Positions 37,440-50,782 of a stretch of 64,000 nt of DNA are shown here, piece after piece. The position numbers and the translations under genes were made by a program. Position 1 is the first letter of the stretch, and every line of letters begins with the position of its first letter. This DNA comes from Carcharhinus longimanus. Lineage: Eukaryota. Location of the stretch: assembly GCA_030264375.1 (NCBI GenBank), contig JASCQW010000133.1, forward strand, positions 36,936,409 through 37,000,408, read 5' to 3'. The notes beneath the pieces are model-generated. The model searched no databases. It was not told the origin of the DNA and saw nothing but the letters and a program-made list of their open reading frames with translations.

Positions 37440-40400
37440 ACATATCCAAGCCACCCTTTCCTGTACCTTACAAGCAGGCTGCAAGCTTCTTGAGTGTTGT
37501 TGGAGCTGCATCCATCCCAGGAAAGTGGGGAGTATTTCATCACACACCTGATTTGTGCCTTGTAGATGGCGGATAGGCTCTGGGGACTCCAGTTGAGTTT
37601 CTGGTCAATGGTAACCCCAAGGATGTTGACAGTGGAGGATTCAGTGATGGTTACACCATTTAATGTTAAGGGGTGGTGGTTAGAGTGTCTGTTATTGATG
37701 ATGGTTATTGCCTGATGTTTGTGTGCCATGAATGTTATCTGCCACTTGTCAGCATAAGCCTCGATATTGTCCAGATCTTATTGCATTTGAGCATGGACTG
37801 CTTCAATATCTGAGGAGTTGCGAATGGTGCTGAACATTGTGCAATCATTGGCGAACATCCCCACTTCTGACCTTATGAAGGAGGGAAGGTAATTGATGAA
37901 GCAGCTCAAGATTGTTAGGCCCAGGGCACTATCCTGAAGGACCCTTACAGAGATGCCATGGAGCTGAAATGACTGACCCTCCACGACCACAACCATTTTT
38001 CTATGTACCAGGTATGATTCCAACCAGTGGAGAGTTTGCCCCCGATACCCATTGATACCAGTTTGGCAAGGGTTCTTTGATGCTACACTTGATCGAATGC
38101 AGCCTTGATGTCAAGGGCTGCCATTCTGACCTCGCCTCATAGAATGCAGCTCTTTTGTCGATGTTTGAACCAAGGCTGTAATGAGGTCAGGAGTTGAGTG
38201 ATCCTGGCAAAATCCAAACTGGGCATTGTTGAGCAGGTGCTCTCTGATAGCATGTTGGTGACCCCTTCCATCACTTTACTGATGATTGAAAGATGATTGA
38301 TGATTGGCTGGGTTAGATTTGTCCTGCATTTTGTGTACAGGACATAGGGCAATTTTCCACATTGTTCAGTAGATGTTGTATCTGTACTGGAAGAGCTTAG
38401 CTAGGGGAGTGGCAAGTTCTGGAGCACATGTCTTCAGTACTATTGCCAGAATGTTATCAGGACACATTGCCTTTGCAGTGTCCAGTGCCTCCAACCATTT
38501 CTTGATATTACATGGAGTGAATCGAATTGGCTGGAGACTGGCATCTGAGATGTTGGGGACCACTGGAGGAGGCCGAGATGGATCATCCACTTGGTACTTC
38601 TGGCTGAAGATTGCTGCAAATACTTCAGCCTTTTCTTTTGCACTGATGTGCTGGGCTCCTCCATTATTGAGGATGGGGATATTAGTGGAGCCTCCTCCTC
38701 CAATGAGTTGTTTAATTGTCCACCACCATTCTTGATTGGATGAGGCAGGACTGCAGAGCTTAGATCTGATCCGTTGATTGTGGGGTCGCTTAGCTCTATC
38801 TATCACTTGCTGTTTTTGCCATTTGACATACATGTAATCCTGTTTGGTAACTTCACCAGGTTGACACCTAATTTTTAGATATGCCTAGTGCTTCTCCTGG
38901 CATGACCTCTTCCATTCTTCTTTGAACCAGGGCTGATTCCCAGGCTTGATGGTAATAGAATCATAGAGTCATAGAGTTTTACAGCATGGGAACAAGACCT
39001 TTGGCTCAACATCTCCATGCTGCCCTTTTTTTAATGACTCAGCTAATCCCAATTGCCTGTGCTTGGCCCATATCCCCTCAATAGCCATTTTACTCATGTA
39101 ACTGTCTAAATGCTTTTTAAAAGACAAAATTGTACCCACCACTACTACTACATCTGGCAGCTCATTCCAGATACTCACCACTCTTTGTGTGAAAAATTGC
39201 CCCTCTGGACCCTTTTGTTTCTCTCCCGTCTCACCTTAAACCTATGCCCTCTAGTTTTAGACTCCCCTACCTTTGGGAAAAGATATTGACTATATAGCTG
39301 ATTTATGCCCCTCATCATTTTATAGGCCTTATAAGTTCACCCCTAAGCCTTCTAGGCTACAGAGAAAAAAGTCCCAGTCGATCCAGCCTCTCCTTATAAC
39401 TCAAACCATCAAGTCCTGGTAGCATCCTAGTAAATCTTTTCTGCATCNNNNNNNNNNNNNNNNNNNNNNNNNNNNNNNNNNNNNNNNNNNNNNNNNNNNN
39501 NNNNNNNNNNNNNNNNNNNNNNNNNNNNNNNNNNNNNNNNNNNNNNNTTGAGGATGGGGATATTTGTGGAGCCTCCTCCTCTAGTGAGTTAAATTGTCCA
39601 CTGCCGTTCCTGACTGGATGTGGCAGGGCTGTAGAGCTTAGATCTGATCTGTTGGTGTGGGATTGCTTAGCTCTGTCTATCATCTGCTGTTTTTGCTATT
39701 TGGCATGCAAGTAGTCCTGTTTGGTAGCTTTATAGATTGACACCTCATTTTTAGATATGCCTGGTGCTACTCCTGGCATGCCCTCCTGCACTCTCCATTG
39801 AACCACGGTTGATACCCTGGCTTGATGATGATGGTTGATTGGGGGATATGCTGGGCCATGAGGTTGCAGATTGTGCTAGAGTACAATTCCACTGCTGCTG
39901 ATGGCCCACAGCACCTCATGGATTCCCAGTCTTGTGTTGCTAGATCGGTTCAAAGTCTGTCCCATTTAGCAGTTAATAGTGCCACGATGGAGGTTATTTG
40001 CAATGTGAAGCAGAACTTTGTCTCCACAAGAACTGTGTGGTGGTCATTCTTATCGATACTGTCATGGACAGATGCATCTGCAGCTGGCAGATTGGTAAGA
40101 ATAAGGTCAGGTATGTTATTTCCTCTTGTTGATTCCTTCACCACCTGCTACAGACCCAGTCTAACAGATATATCCTTTAGGACCCAACCAGCTCAATCAG
40201 TAGTGCTGCTGCCGAGCCACTCTCGGTGGTGGACATTGAAATCCCCCATCCAGAATAAATTTTGTGCCCTTGCCACCCTCGGTACTTCCTCCAAGCGTTG
40301 TCCAACATGGAGGAATACCAATTCATCAGCTGAAGGAGGACGGTATGTGGTAACCAGTAAGCGGTTTCCTTGCCTATAGTTAACCTGAAACCATGAGACT

Positions 40401-40860
40401 TCATAGGGTCTGGAGCCAATGCTAAGGACTCTCGGGGAAATTCCTTGTTGACTTGTGCCGCCACCTCTGCTGGGTCTGTCCTGCCGGTGGGACAAGACAT
40501 ATCCAGGGATGGTAATGGGGTGTTATCTGTAAGGTATGATTCTGTGCGAATGACTGTGTCAGATGTTGCTGACTAGTCTGTGAGACAGATCTCCCAATTT
40601 TGGCACTAGCCCCAGATGTTAGTAAGGAGGACTTTGCAGGGTCGACAGGGCTGTTTGTTTTGCTGTTGTCTTTTCCAGTGCTCAGGTCGATGCCAGGTGG
40701 TCTGTCTCTTTTCATTCTTTGTTGAGACTTTGCAGTGATTGTTACAATTGAGTGGCTTGCTAGGCAATTTCAGAGGGCAGTTAAGAGTCAACCACATTGC
40801 TCTGGAGTCACATGTAGGTCAGACCAGGTAAGGACGGCAGATTTCTTTCCTTAAAGGAGG
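37440..40860 (-). mobile_element. Long CR1-group LINE (second family) with APE endonuclease and RT, decayed and interrupted by a CR1 tail
   Basis: Endonuclease motifs TTYRPPS, MGDFNVHH, TRGNNIPDLILTN and DHHTV; RT motifs KAMCPDNILAIVLKTCAPELATPLAKLF and MFANDCT. Confidence 0.9.
38957..39447 (-). mobile_element. CR1 3' end nested in the long LINE
   Basis: MQKRFTRMLPGLDGLSYKERLDRLGLFSL and a (catagaat)n-type tail at 38957. Confidence 0.9.
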
Positions 40861-41486
40861 TTGGTGAATCGTTCAACTTTATTCAACAAAAACACATGGC
40901 TTCAAATCAAAAATAAAGATCCTTGCTGAATTATTTCATCCCTTCCCAACCCACAGGACAGCCAGGTCAACTTTAGCATCGTTACTGCCATTCTAGTTGA
41001 GGTCGGGTAAATTAGCAATGTCCAGTTACCTAATGTGATGCCATTTATTGGGCAAATGTAAGTCTCAGAATTTTTGTTAGTTTAAAATACTTTTATTTCA
41101 CCCATGCATTTTATCTCTTACCAAGCCTGATACCTTGGGAGAGAAATGTGATACGAGTTCAAGAAAGAAGATTAGTCATTTGGTGAAGTTTTTTTTTATA
41201 TAGACGGCCTCTTATTAAAACTGACCCATACTCGAGAGGAGGTCAATAACAGGTTTGAAATACATTTGACGTTGAAGCAAATTTTGCGATGGCTCTTTAA
41301 CTCAACCACAATATTAATATGTAACTTCCAGGTTTCCCAGTTGATAAGAGAGGGTGGGCAGGATGATGGGTCGCACCTATCAAAGAAAGGATTTCTAATT
41401 AAAAGAAACCCAGCAGGGGTCAGAATTACGGAAGCTCATTGACTTCTATGGCATCAGCAAACATTGGCACGGAAAAGAAATCCAAG

Positions 41487-42412
41487 GCATTTAGAGATGC
41501 AAGGACTGATTAGAGACAGTCAGCATGGCTTTGTGAGTGGAATATCATGTCTCACAAATTTCATTGAGTTTTTTGAAGGGGTAACGAAGAAGATAGATGA
41601 GGGCAGTGCAGTTGATGTTGTCTACATGGACTTTAGCAAGACCTGCAAGGTACTACATGGCAGGTTGTTGCATAAGGTCAAATCTCATGGGATCCAGGGT
41701 GTGGTATCTAAATGGATATAAAATTGGCTTTGTAGACAGTTGTTTTTCAAATTGGAGGCCTGTGACCAGTGGTATGCCTCAGGGATCAGTGCTGGGTCCA
41801 CTGTTATTTGTCATTNNNNNNNNNNNNNNNNNNNNNNNNNNNNNNNNNNNNNNNNNNNNNNNNNNNNNNNNNNNNNNNNNNNNNNNNNNNNNNNNNNNNN
41901 NNNNNNNNNNNNNNNNNNNNNNNNNNNNNNNNNNNNNNNNNNNNNNNNNNNNNNNNNNNNNNNNNNNNNNNNNNNNNNNNNNNNNNNNNNNNNNNNNNNN
42001 NNNNNNNNNNNNNNNNNNNNNNNNNNNNNNNNNNNNNNNNNNNNNNNNNNNNNNNNNNNNNNNNNNNNNNNNNNNNNNNNNNNNNNNNNNNNNNNNNNNN
42101 NNNNNNNNNNNNNNNNNNNNAGTCTAAAACTAGAGAACATAGGTTTAAGGTGAGAGGGGAGAGATATGAAAGTGTCCAGAGGGACAATTTTTTCACATAG
42201 AGGCTGATGAGTGTCATAACAAGCTGCCAGAGGTACAATGTTATCTTTTAAAAAGCATTTAGATAGTTCCATGGATAAGACAGGTATTGAGGAATATAGA
42301 CCAAATGCAGGCAATTGGGATTAGCTTAGAGGCTTTTTAAAAAAAAGGGCGCGTGGACAAGTTGGGCTGAAGAGCCTGTTTCCATGCTGTAAACCTGTCT
42401 GACTCTATGACT
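41487..42412 (+). mobile_element. CR1 LINE RT fragment and 3' end (spans a gap)
   Basis: DSQHGFVSGISCLTNFIEFFE...VDVVYMDFSK and [10 protein letters not shown]. Confidence 0.9.
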
Positions 42413-44707
42413 GTAAGAAGGCTTTCCCCTTAGTGTTTGGCTTTTACCCAGAGGTCCTACTGCAGGATCTGAGACTGAAGTGATGTTTTCCAGGGATGGG
42501 AGGAAAAGATCAACCTCTCCAACTAAGGAAGAGTGGAAAAGGAGTTGGAGTGTGGTTCTTTGAATCTGTGGACAGTGTCTCAAAAGGCTCAAGTATCTCA
42601 GGAAGGCAGGAAAGGAGAGTGATATAACACTTTCAAGCACCAAGCTCCACATCCGATCTTCCCATCAATCTCCTGCATAAAACTATTCAGACCAACAGAC
42701 CTTGCAACTTCGCACCCCTCACTCTCACAGCCCCTTGGTATTTAAAACTGCCTATGTTCTCTATTGGTATTGATTAAATTGACAAGAGCAAACTGGTATA
42801 GAGGCTACCAGATCAAAGGGGAGTATGAGCCAAGTATGTTGATAAACCTGAGGAAAATAATCTACTATTTTCCTTAGCGATAACACACACTAACATTGTC
42901 ACATTTGACACACGCCTTGACAGTTGTGTTGGACAGGTTAGTATGTTTCTGCGTATCATGAATCCCTCCCTCTTGAAGGGTATTTTTGTTATGGAGGGCC
43001 AAAAATAAGCTGAAGCAACCATCAATTGCATCAACCAAAGGATAAGAGATAATTTGTACACAGTNNNNNNNNNNNNNNNNNNNNNNNNNNNNNNNNNNNN
43101 NNNNNNNNNNNNNNNNNNNNNNNNNNNNNNNNNNNNNNNNNNNNNNNNNNNNNNNNNNNNNNNNGTTCAGTCGGAGCAATGAGGTCCAATAGAAATGATG
43201 ACTAGCTACAGTTGTGGCTACAGAAATACCTTTTTAGTCATATGCACTAATTTTAAAAAAGGCCTTGGGTACAATATAAGTAAGTGTACTTCAGCTATAT
43301 GTATATCTACTTAACAAACATCCATCATCAATCAGTGCAAAACATAGTCTTTCTCCTTCAAAGTTTGGAATTTTGGCATGAATTCATCAGTACAATTTAG
43401 AGCAGCTNNNNNNNNNNTGGAGTAATTTCTAAGAGCATTGACTCACAGAGAGATGGGCCATTCTGAGCACTATTGGATGCTGCTTGCCCATTACTGCTGT
43501 GTGACCTAATACTTGAAAATCAGCTGTTTCAAATTTATTAACAAACTCACTCACTATATTATTCTCAGGAATTTTAGATTCTCAGTCCCATTCTGCCAAT
43601 TTCATACATAACTGCAGAACTAGTGACAGGTCCAAGCCCCAGAGGCAACTCAAACAGAAGTTAGAATTTGATTTTAAGAAGGGAATGTACATGATATGCA
43701 ACAACAAAAACAGAAAATGCTGGAAAATCTCAGCAGGTCTGACAACATCTGTAGGGAGAGAATAGAGACAGCATTTCAAGTCTAGCTGACCTTTGTCAGA
43801 GATAAGAGTGTTATCCCAGTGTTCTCTGTAATGGTTTGTTCGTGGCTCCAAACTGGCTCATTATTAGGTACAGGAGGACTTAGATTTTTGATATGCTACT
43901 GTGGTCTCCTCGCGTTTTCTTAATTACCTTTAGGGGTTGTAGAGAAATTTCCAAAATTTTTCCTAAATTGATCCTGGGGTTTAAAAAAAATGTTCTGGCC
44001 TCTCCCAAAGATGTTTGGGGATCCTTCTGTCAGTGCTATGCCTAACCCCAATACCGAAGAGGATGTGGCCATGAGGAAGGAACTTCAAGATTGGCAAATG
44101 CTTTGGCCTCAGACTGAGTTCTGCTGGTTTGTGGTTTTCTTGGGATAGCAAATATTCTGACTTCCCATTGTGGGCCCATTTGGATCTTGGTCAAGACTTG
44201 TTGTCTAGCCTTATAAAGATTCTTATAAAATGTCATTGTGGCTGAGACTACAATGGATTTAACGTGGAGCTGGACAGAGTGCCTAAGATATCCCATAAGT
44301 GCCCACCTGTTTTATTAAAATGAGGGAATCTATCCTTGATGCCAGGTGCTTAGATGTGTCAGTGCCAGTATCAGAAGTTTCTAGTGAGTCGATTTGTGTT
44401 TTAAGCCAGGATTAAAGATTTGCACATTTTCAAGAGGTTGCTGTTTCAGTCTACAGTTTGATCTTAGCTGTGTTGGTCATTGGAGCAGTAGACTACAGAG
44501 AGAAGGAAAATGGAGAGGCTCACACTGAAAGGCTTACATTTGAAATATTAACTCAGTTGTTGTTGACAATGGTCTTACCTGTTCCGTCTCCATCTATTTT
44601 TTTCTTTGATTAGGGTTCTTCTTTCTGGTTGCTCCCCAGTGGTGTCAGTTGAGAACTGGATTGAGCTTGGCTATTCTGAAGAAGAGTCATTTTGGACTTG
44701 AAAGTTA

Positions 44708-44914
44708 GCCGGAATTTCCCAGCCATTCACACCAGCGGGATCTCCAAGTCCCATTGATGGCACATCCCCACTGCTGGTTTCCCTGCAGAGAGGGGTGCAT
44801 TCAAGGGGAAACCCAGTTGACTGTGGTAGGATCAGAAGATCCCTCTGCCAGCCAATGGCGGGATGCAACTGCCACTGCAAAATGTGCAATGAGGTTGCAT
44901 GAAAAATCCCATCC
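44708..44914. mobile_element. Harbinger-like MITE (a related copy lies at ~45090-45298)
   Basis: Inverted ends gccggaatttccc / gaaaaatcccatcc with an apparent TTA-like target duplication. Both copies share cagcgggatc...cca(t/g)ttga. Confidence 0.6.
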
Positions 44915-46039
44915 ATTAACTCTGCTTCTCTCTTCACAGATGCTGCCATACAGCTGAATTTTCCCACCACTTTCCATTTTCATTTGATCTTGGCTGTGAT
45001 ACACACCAGTCAACTAGCCTGCTGATTGCACAGACCACTTTGGATGCAAATTGGCAACCTAGGAATTTATTGCAAGGGGCTGCAGGATTATTGCCAAAAT
45101 CTTGCTACCATTTACGCCAGCGGGATCCTATGATCCTGCTGATGTGTACCCTCGCCACAGGTTTCCCAGCGGCAAGGGGCGCATACAACAAGAAACCCCA
45201 TTGATAATGGCAGGACTATAAGATCCCGCCATCAGTGGGCAACATACCGCCTCCCGCCACCACAAAACACAAAAGGGAAGAGCTGGAAAATCCCACCCTG
45301 CACCTCAGCATTAGTCACAATCTTTACAAGAGAGGACTTAAATTGATAAATAAAGGCAAAGAAGCGCAAGTTAGAAAATAATTACAATTAAATTTACTTA
45401 ATGGGATGTCATTTGCCAAATCCAAATTATTTACTCTTTCTAATGTGATAGACATACGTGACTAAGAGGCAGAGGCTAGGAGATGAAGACGGTAGGCACA
45501 GCTACATTTGCAATCTATTAAACTGCAGCAAGATGCTGTAAAACCAGCAAAGCGTGTATTAATGGCAATATAAAGAAATATATGGACTAATTTCATTGCT
45601 GCTGGTGACTCATCATTTTTTTTCACATCTTTTCTCCTTGTCCTTCATCGAGCAGCAGTTTTCTCCAGCTTAGTGCGATGACATTGCCCTGCTGGTAAGC
45701 CCAGGCCTCAGGGTTGTTTTGTTTCCTCTGTTACTAACTTAGCTATTAACACTTCAACTCCAACTGGAAATGGCTGAGCTTGGTTACCGTAGAGACACAG
45801 CTGGACTCCTGCTCTGCTTGATACTCAAGCCTTGGCAAGAGAAGTGATAGATGAAAAAGTAGGAAACTGTGAAGGTGCAGAGATCAGTTCTGCCTGCCCC
45901 GATTCATCTCCTCTTCCCCACATTAATTCCTTTCCAAAGATTTCCTTTTCTATAGGTGTGTTACAATCAGGTAAGGGAGCGGGAAAAAATCAGTCAGGGT
46001 TTCCACTTCCGATCATTATTTCGTGACCCATAATTAAAA

Positions 46040-46930
46040 ATGCATGAATGTAATCATTGGTTGAGGACTGCTCGGACTTGACTGTGATACTTTCTCTCTG
46101 GTTAAATAGATATACATGACGTACTGGATCCCGGTACTGTTGCTCCCACTCTGCACCAGATTTGCAAGCTACTCTCGATCTCTTCAATTCTGTGTACAAG
46201 AAACTCAACCTATCGTTGAATGTTACCAAAAGAAAACTCATATTAATCCACACCTAATCTGCCAAATATCCCACCTTCCATTTTGTTGACTTTGCATTTT
46301 GTTAAACACTTCCCATAATCGGCAGCCACGTCTCTTAAAAGAGAAATCTGCACCAGTTTAGCTTTTCTACAAACTATGGTATTGTGTGTTTGACAACAAA
46401 GAATCTTTATAAGTCAACAGAAGTCCTAGTGTAGGGAGCATTGTTGTCACCACACTCCTATACTCCTGCATTGTGTACTAGAGACAAATAAAAGCACGAG
46501 AGAAATTCCATCAGCAATGGCTCCACTACGTCCTTTGCTTTCAGTGAGTGAATCATTGAACAAACGTGATGTCCTTGAAGCTCGATCCACAAGCACCAAG
46601 ACAACTGCAAAATAAATTTTGATAGCCTGGACATTGCATCTGGGTGGCTGAAATCCATTTCTCCTGGCATCTCTTAACCCTCTCAAATGGGTAATGTTCT
46701 AGGGGAGGAAACAGGACACTTCAAAGGCATTGGAAGAGCTGAAGACAACTTGTCCATTAAGTTGCATCACACTTTTGACTCCCAAAGTCTTAATGATGAG
46801 ACAGTACAATGGCAGATAAGGGAAGAAATGGAAACTAATTTTGACAGACCCACTACCGCCTGGGACATCTTACCCCACGAGCACAAAGATCTGAGGGTTG
46901 AGCATTGGCCTATTCACTCATATCAGGACC
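46040..46930 (+). mobile_element. RTE-clade LINE remnant
   Basis: Decayed segments (ttcccataatcggcagccac, gagaaattccatcagcaatggctcc) resemble the RTE ORF C-terminus. Confidence 0.55.
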
Positions 46931-46934
46931 CATG

Positions 46935-47460
46935 CTACTTGGGAAAGAACATACTGGCACTGGAGGGGGTGCAGAGGAGATTCACTAGGTTGATTCTGGA
47001 GTTGAGAAGATTGGCTTAGTAGACTGAGTAAACTGGGATTATAGTCATTAGAATTCAGAAGAATGAGGGGGAGTCTTATAGAAACAGAAGTTTATGAAGG
47101 GAATAGATAAGATAGAAGCAGGGAGGTTGTTTCCACAGGCAGGTGAAACTAGAAGTAAGGGGCATGACCTCAATAAGGAGGAGCAGATTTAGGACTGAGC
47201 TGTGGAGGAATTTCTTCACCCAAAGGATTGTGAATCTATGGAATTGTCTGCCCAGTGAAGCAGTTTGAAGCTACCTCATTGAATATTATTAAGGTAAGGA
47301 CAGATAAATTTTTGAACAGCAAAGGAATTAAGGGTTATGGTGTGCGGGCGGGTAAGTGGAGCTAAGTTCACGAAAAGATCAGCCATGATCTTATTGAATA
47401 GCACAGCAGGCTCGAGAGGCCAAATGGCCTACTCCTGCTCCTACTTATGTTTTTATTATG
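46935..47460 (+). mobile_element. CR1 3' end
   Basis: YLGKNILALEGVQRRFTRLI followed by a CR1 tail. Confidence 0.88.
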
Positions 47461-48779
47461 GTAAAAACACACCACCCTGAGTACATATTGTAATCAAATT
47501 GAGGGACAGCCAGTGATGGCTGAATGTCTTGCTACACTTTCAGCACAGTTTCAAAACTCTCCCTGTAAATAATTTTGATAAAACTGTGGATTATTTTCTA
47601 TGAAGGGTTGTGAACATTTTAACTCTAGTGTTTCATGTGTATGCACCGTTCTCCCTTTATTCTTTTCTGAATGCCTTGACTCATGTTGCATTATGGCTCT
47701 TCAAGCTTCAGTCATCTTTCAGTATCTCATCCAAGTCACCATGCCTCCAGTATAAACAGGCTATTCAACCATGGAGAACAACACAACTGGGCCCAACCCT
47801 GCTTTCATTGAATTTGAGTAATAAGGAACAAGATCTAGTTCATTATTGCATCTCTCTAGCCCAATATCATTAAAATTAATTTTATCTCTCTTTCTGCTAT
47901 CCTAGTATTTGTGTTAGACCGGGAATTTACTGGTCTGCTTGGCTCAATAGCAATCTAACTGTGTATTCATTAACAAAGCGTTTAAAAAGTTGATTGAACA
48001 GGCAGAGTTAACACAAAATTCCTCTTCATCTGCCTCAGGGTTATCCAGCTGTCTTTCAAAACACTTCAATTTTTCATAAATATGAAAACATAATTTTATA
48101 GTGGCAAATATAAATTATATGTTAATCACCGTGAGGCTCTCGTTGCATTGACGATTAATAGAGCTCCATGCCTCTCCCCTTGCTAATGGGGTGCTCTTAG
48201 GGACACAGTTTATTTTTGACAATTATGACTCATAATTGATTTGGCTGCAGTGATTAAGATTTATGTGATGTCTTGTGGTCACAGCATGAGTAAGTAACGG
48301 GAAAGGAAAGTATTCTTAACTGACATTGTATCTTTCTTTTTTCAAGCCAAGCTTAAGCTCATAATTTGCATTCAGTGCAGTATTGAAGGAGTGCTTAATT
48401 GTCAGAGGTGCTGTCTTCCTCGTGAATGTTATAATATATGTTAAAATAATAATAAATATTAAATGACCCCCTGCTCAGAGCCCAACTTTGACAAANNNNN
48501 NNAGACTCAAAATTCTCTCTCCACAGATGCTGTCAGAACTCCTGAGTTTTCCCTGGATTTTCAGTAAATGTTTTTGATATCTTGGTGCAGCAACTTGGGG
48601 TATTTTTCAATGTTTAAAGTTATTTTCTTTGTCCTGACTGCGCTGCCAATGAACTTTTCATTTTTTTTCTTTCTCCTCCTAATGTCACTGACTTCTTATC
48701 TGACTATGGTTCAATGGATTTTCCTCTGTATCTTGCCCAAGAGTTCATTTTTCATGTCCAAGTCCTGACAACTCTTTAA

Positions 48780-49245
48780 TTAGGAAATGAGGTTTATTCT
48801 GAATGATTAGTAGCAAGCTTATCCTTGTTATTAATGTCAATGCTGCCATGCTTCAAGGAGAGCTTCAGAGTTCTTTGAAGAATTTTCTTGGTCCTCCCCA
48901 GAACACTGTCCATTTGAAAGTTGAGAAAATGGGACTTGCCAAGGGAGATAGTTTTTAGCTATCCTGACACCACATCCAACCCTTGAAATTGATTTTGCAG
49001 GAGTTTTGTCTTAGTGCTTGTGGACATGTCTTCAAGAACGCCATTAGCATTTGTTCAGAAGTTCAATTGAATCCGGAGGATGCAGCGGAGGCATTGCTGA
49101 TGGAATTTCTCCAGTTCTTCTACAGTCCAGGAGCATGGTGATGACAACTGCTCTGCACACTAGAAAATTTGTAGACTTGTAGAGATCTTTCTCATCAAAC
49201 ACTTAATGCTGCAGTTTGTAGAAAACTGAAATAGTGCAGCTGTTT
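48780..49245 (-). mobile_element. RTE-clade LINE remnant (same family as 46040-46930)
   Basis: The reverse complement contains ctggagaaattccatcagcaatgcctccgctgcatcctcc, homologous to 46500-46535. Confidence 0.6.
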
Positions 49246-49249
49246 TGGA

Positions 49250-50782
49250 GTCAGATCAAACTCTAAGTGGATTAAATGATGTACAATGTTATTTAGATGA
49301 TGTCCTCATTACAGCTACATGAGGGACGTCCAGGTGTGGTGAGAATTAAGGAACTGGCATGTAGTTACTTTTGGTGGCCAGGATTAGATGCACAAATTGA
49401 AGAGAAAGTGGGACAATGTTAGTCCTGTGCAAAACTAAGAAACACTCCACCACTACAACCCTTACGTTCATGGGAATGGCCGAAACAGCCATGCTAGAGA
49501 GCACACATCGAATACGCTGGGCCAACAGGGGTCTGGCCAGAAGTAGTCATCATGAAATTCATGACAACAGAACAGACTAATGAGAAACTGGATGAAATAT
49601 TTCCTAGTTTTGGTAGACCAGAGCAAATTTTGAGTGACAATGAGACACAGTTCATTTCCAAAGAGTTTGAAGACTACTTGAAAGGAGGTATACAATGTGT
49701 CAAGTTGGCTCCATACTGTCCATCTACAAATTGATTGGATGAACGATTTGTACAGTCATTCAAATATTCAATCAGGGCATCAAAAGACCAAGGTACAAAA
49801 ACAGAAAATGAAGGATTCCAGACAGGCAGATTCCAGCATCTGCGGTATTTTGCTTTTGTTTTATTATATAGACGACCAAGGTACATTGTCAGGATGAGTA
49901 AATGACCTTTTGATATCATACAAGAACACCGTACATGCAATGCGAGAGTTCACCGGTAATGCTACTTTTAAAAAGAAAGCTAAAAAACAAAGTTTGACCT
50001 TTGGATACTTCAGAAATTGTCAAACAACAGTAAAAAAACACATTGCTCAGAGGGAACAGAACTCTAAACAGAGAGCATTTACTCAGGGAGAATGAATGTG
50101 AGCAAGAAGCTACACTACCAATAAAAAATGGGTACCTGCTGTTATCCTAGCACAAGCAGATCCAATATCTTACACTGTACAGGCAGATGATGAGAGTTTG
50201 GCAACATCATACTTGTCAGATGCTAGCCTCACAAAATGAAATCACTGAAACTTCACAAGAAGTACTTACATCAGAAATGCTAAGAAGTGGTACCTTTGAA
50301 CAGAAAATCCAAGTTCTGGTTCTGAATCTTCAACACCAATGGAAACTGATATCAAAGTTGTTTTACATGAAGAATTACCAACAAAGAAAAAGAGGACACT
50401 TCAAAGGTGTTCAAGTAGCCAAATTCCAGAATATTGAGTACAACCCAAAATAAATAGATGCCCACCTGAGATACTGTCTTATTAATTGTCTGTGTGGGAA
50501 ATAATGATGCAAAATAATGGATTTACTGTTTAATTGATTCTGTTGCCAATTAATGTTGCTGAAACATTAAGAAATGTTGTTTAGAGACTAAAGTAGTAAA
50601 GTGGTTGCATCCCTGCTGGTATAACATCACATGATCTGTAGTGATATAAGCAGAGGGAGGCACTTCGATCTTGGTCTTGGAACAAATGACATCTCCTAAA
50701 TAAATAAACCTGTATTGTGTTTGACTTAAACCCACACCTCATTACTTTTCTCTTTGCTGTAATTCCCAGTTACTACTTAACA
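49250..50782 (+). mobile_element. Internally deleted Gypsy element (RT YLDD joined to integrase) with 3' LTR
   Basis: LSGLNDVQCYLDDVLIT is followed directly by LHEGRPGVVRIKELACSYFWWPGLD, then FGRPEQILSDNETQF and APYCPSTN. An LTR-like tgttgt...aataaa...ttaaca block lies at ~50575-50782. Confidence 0.85.
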
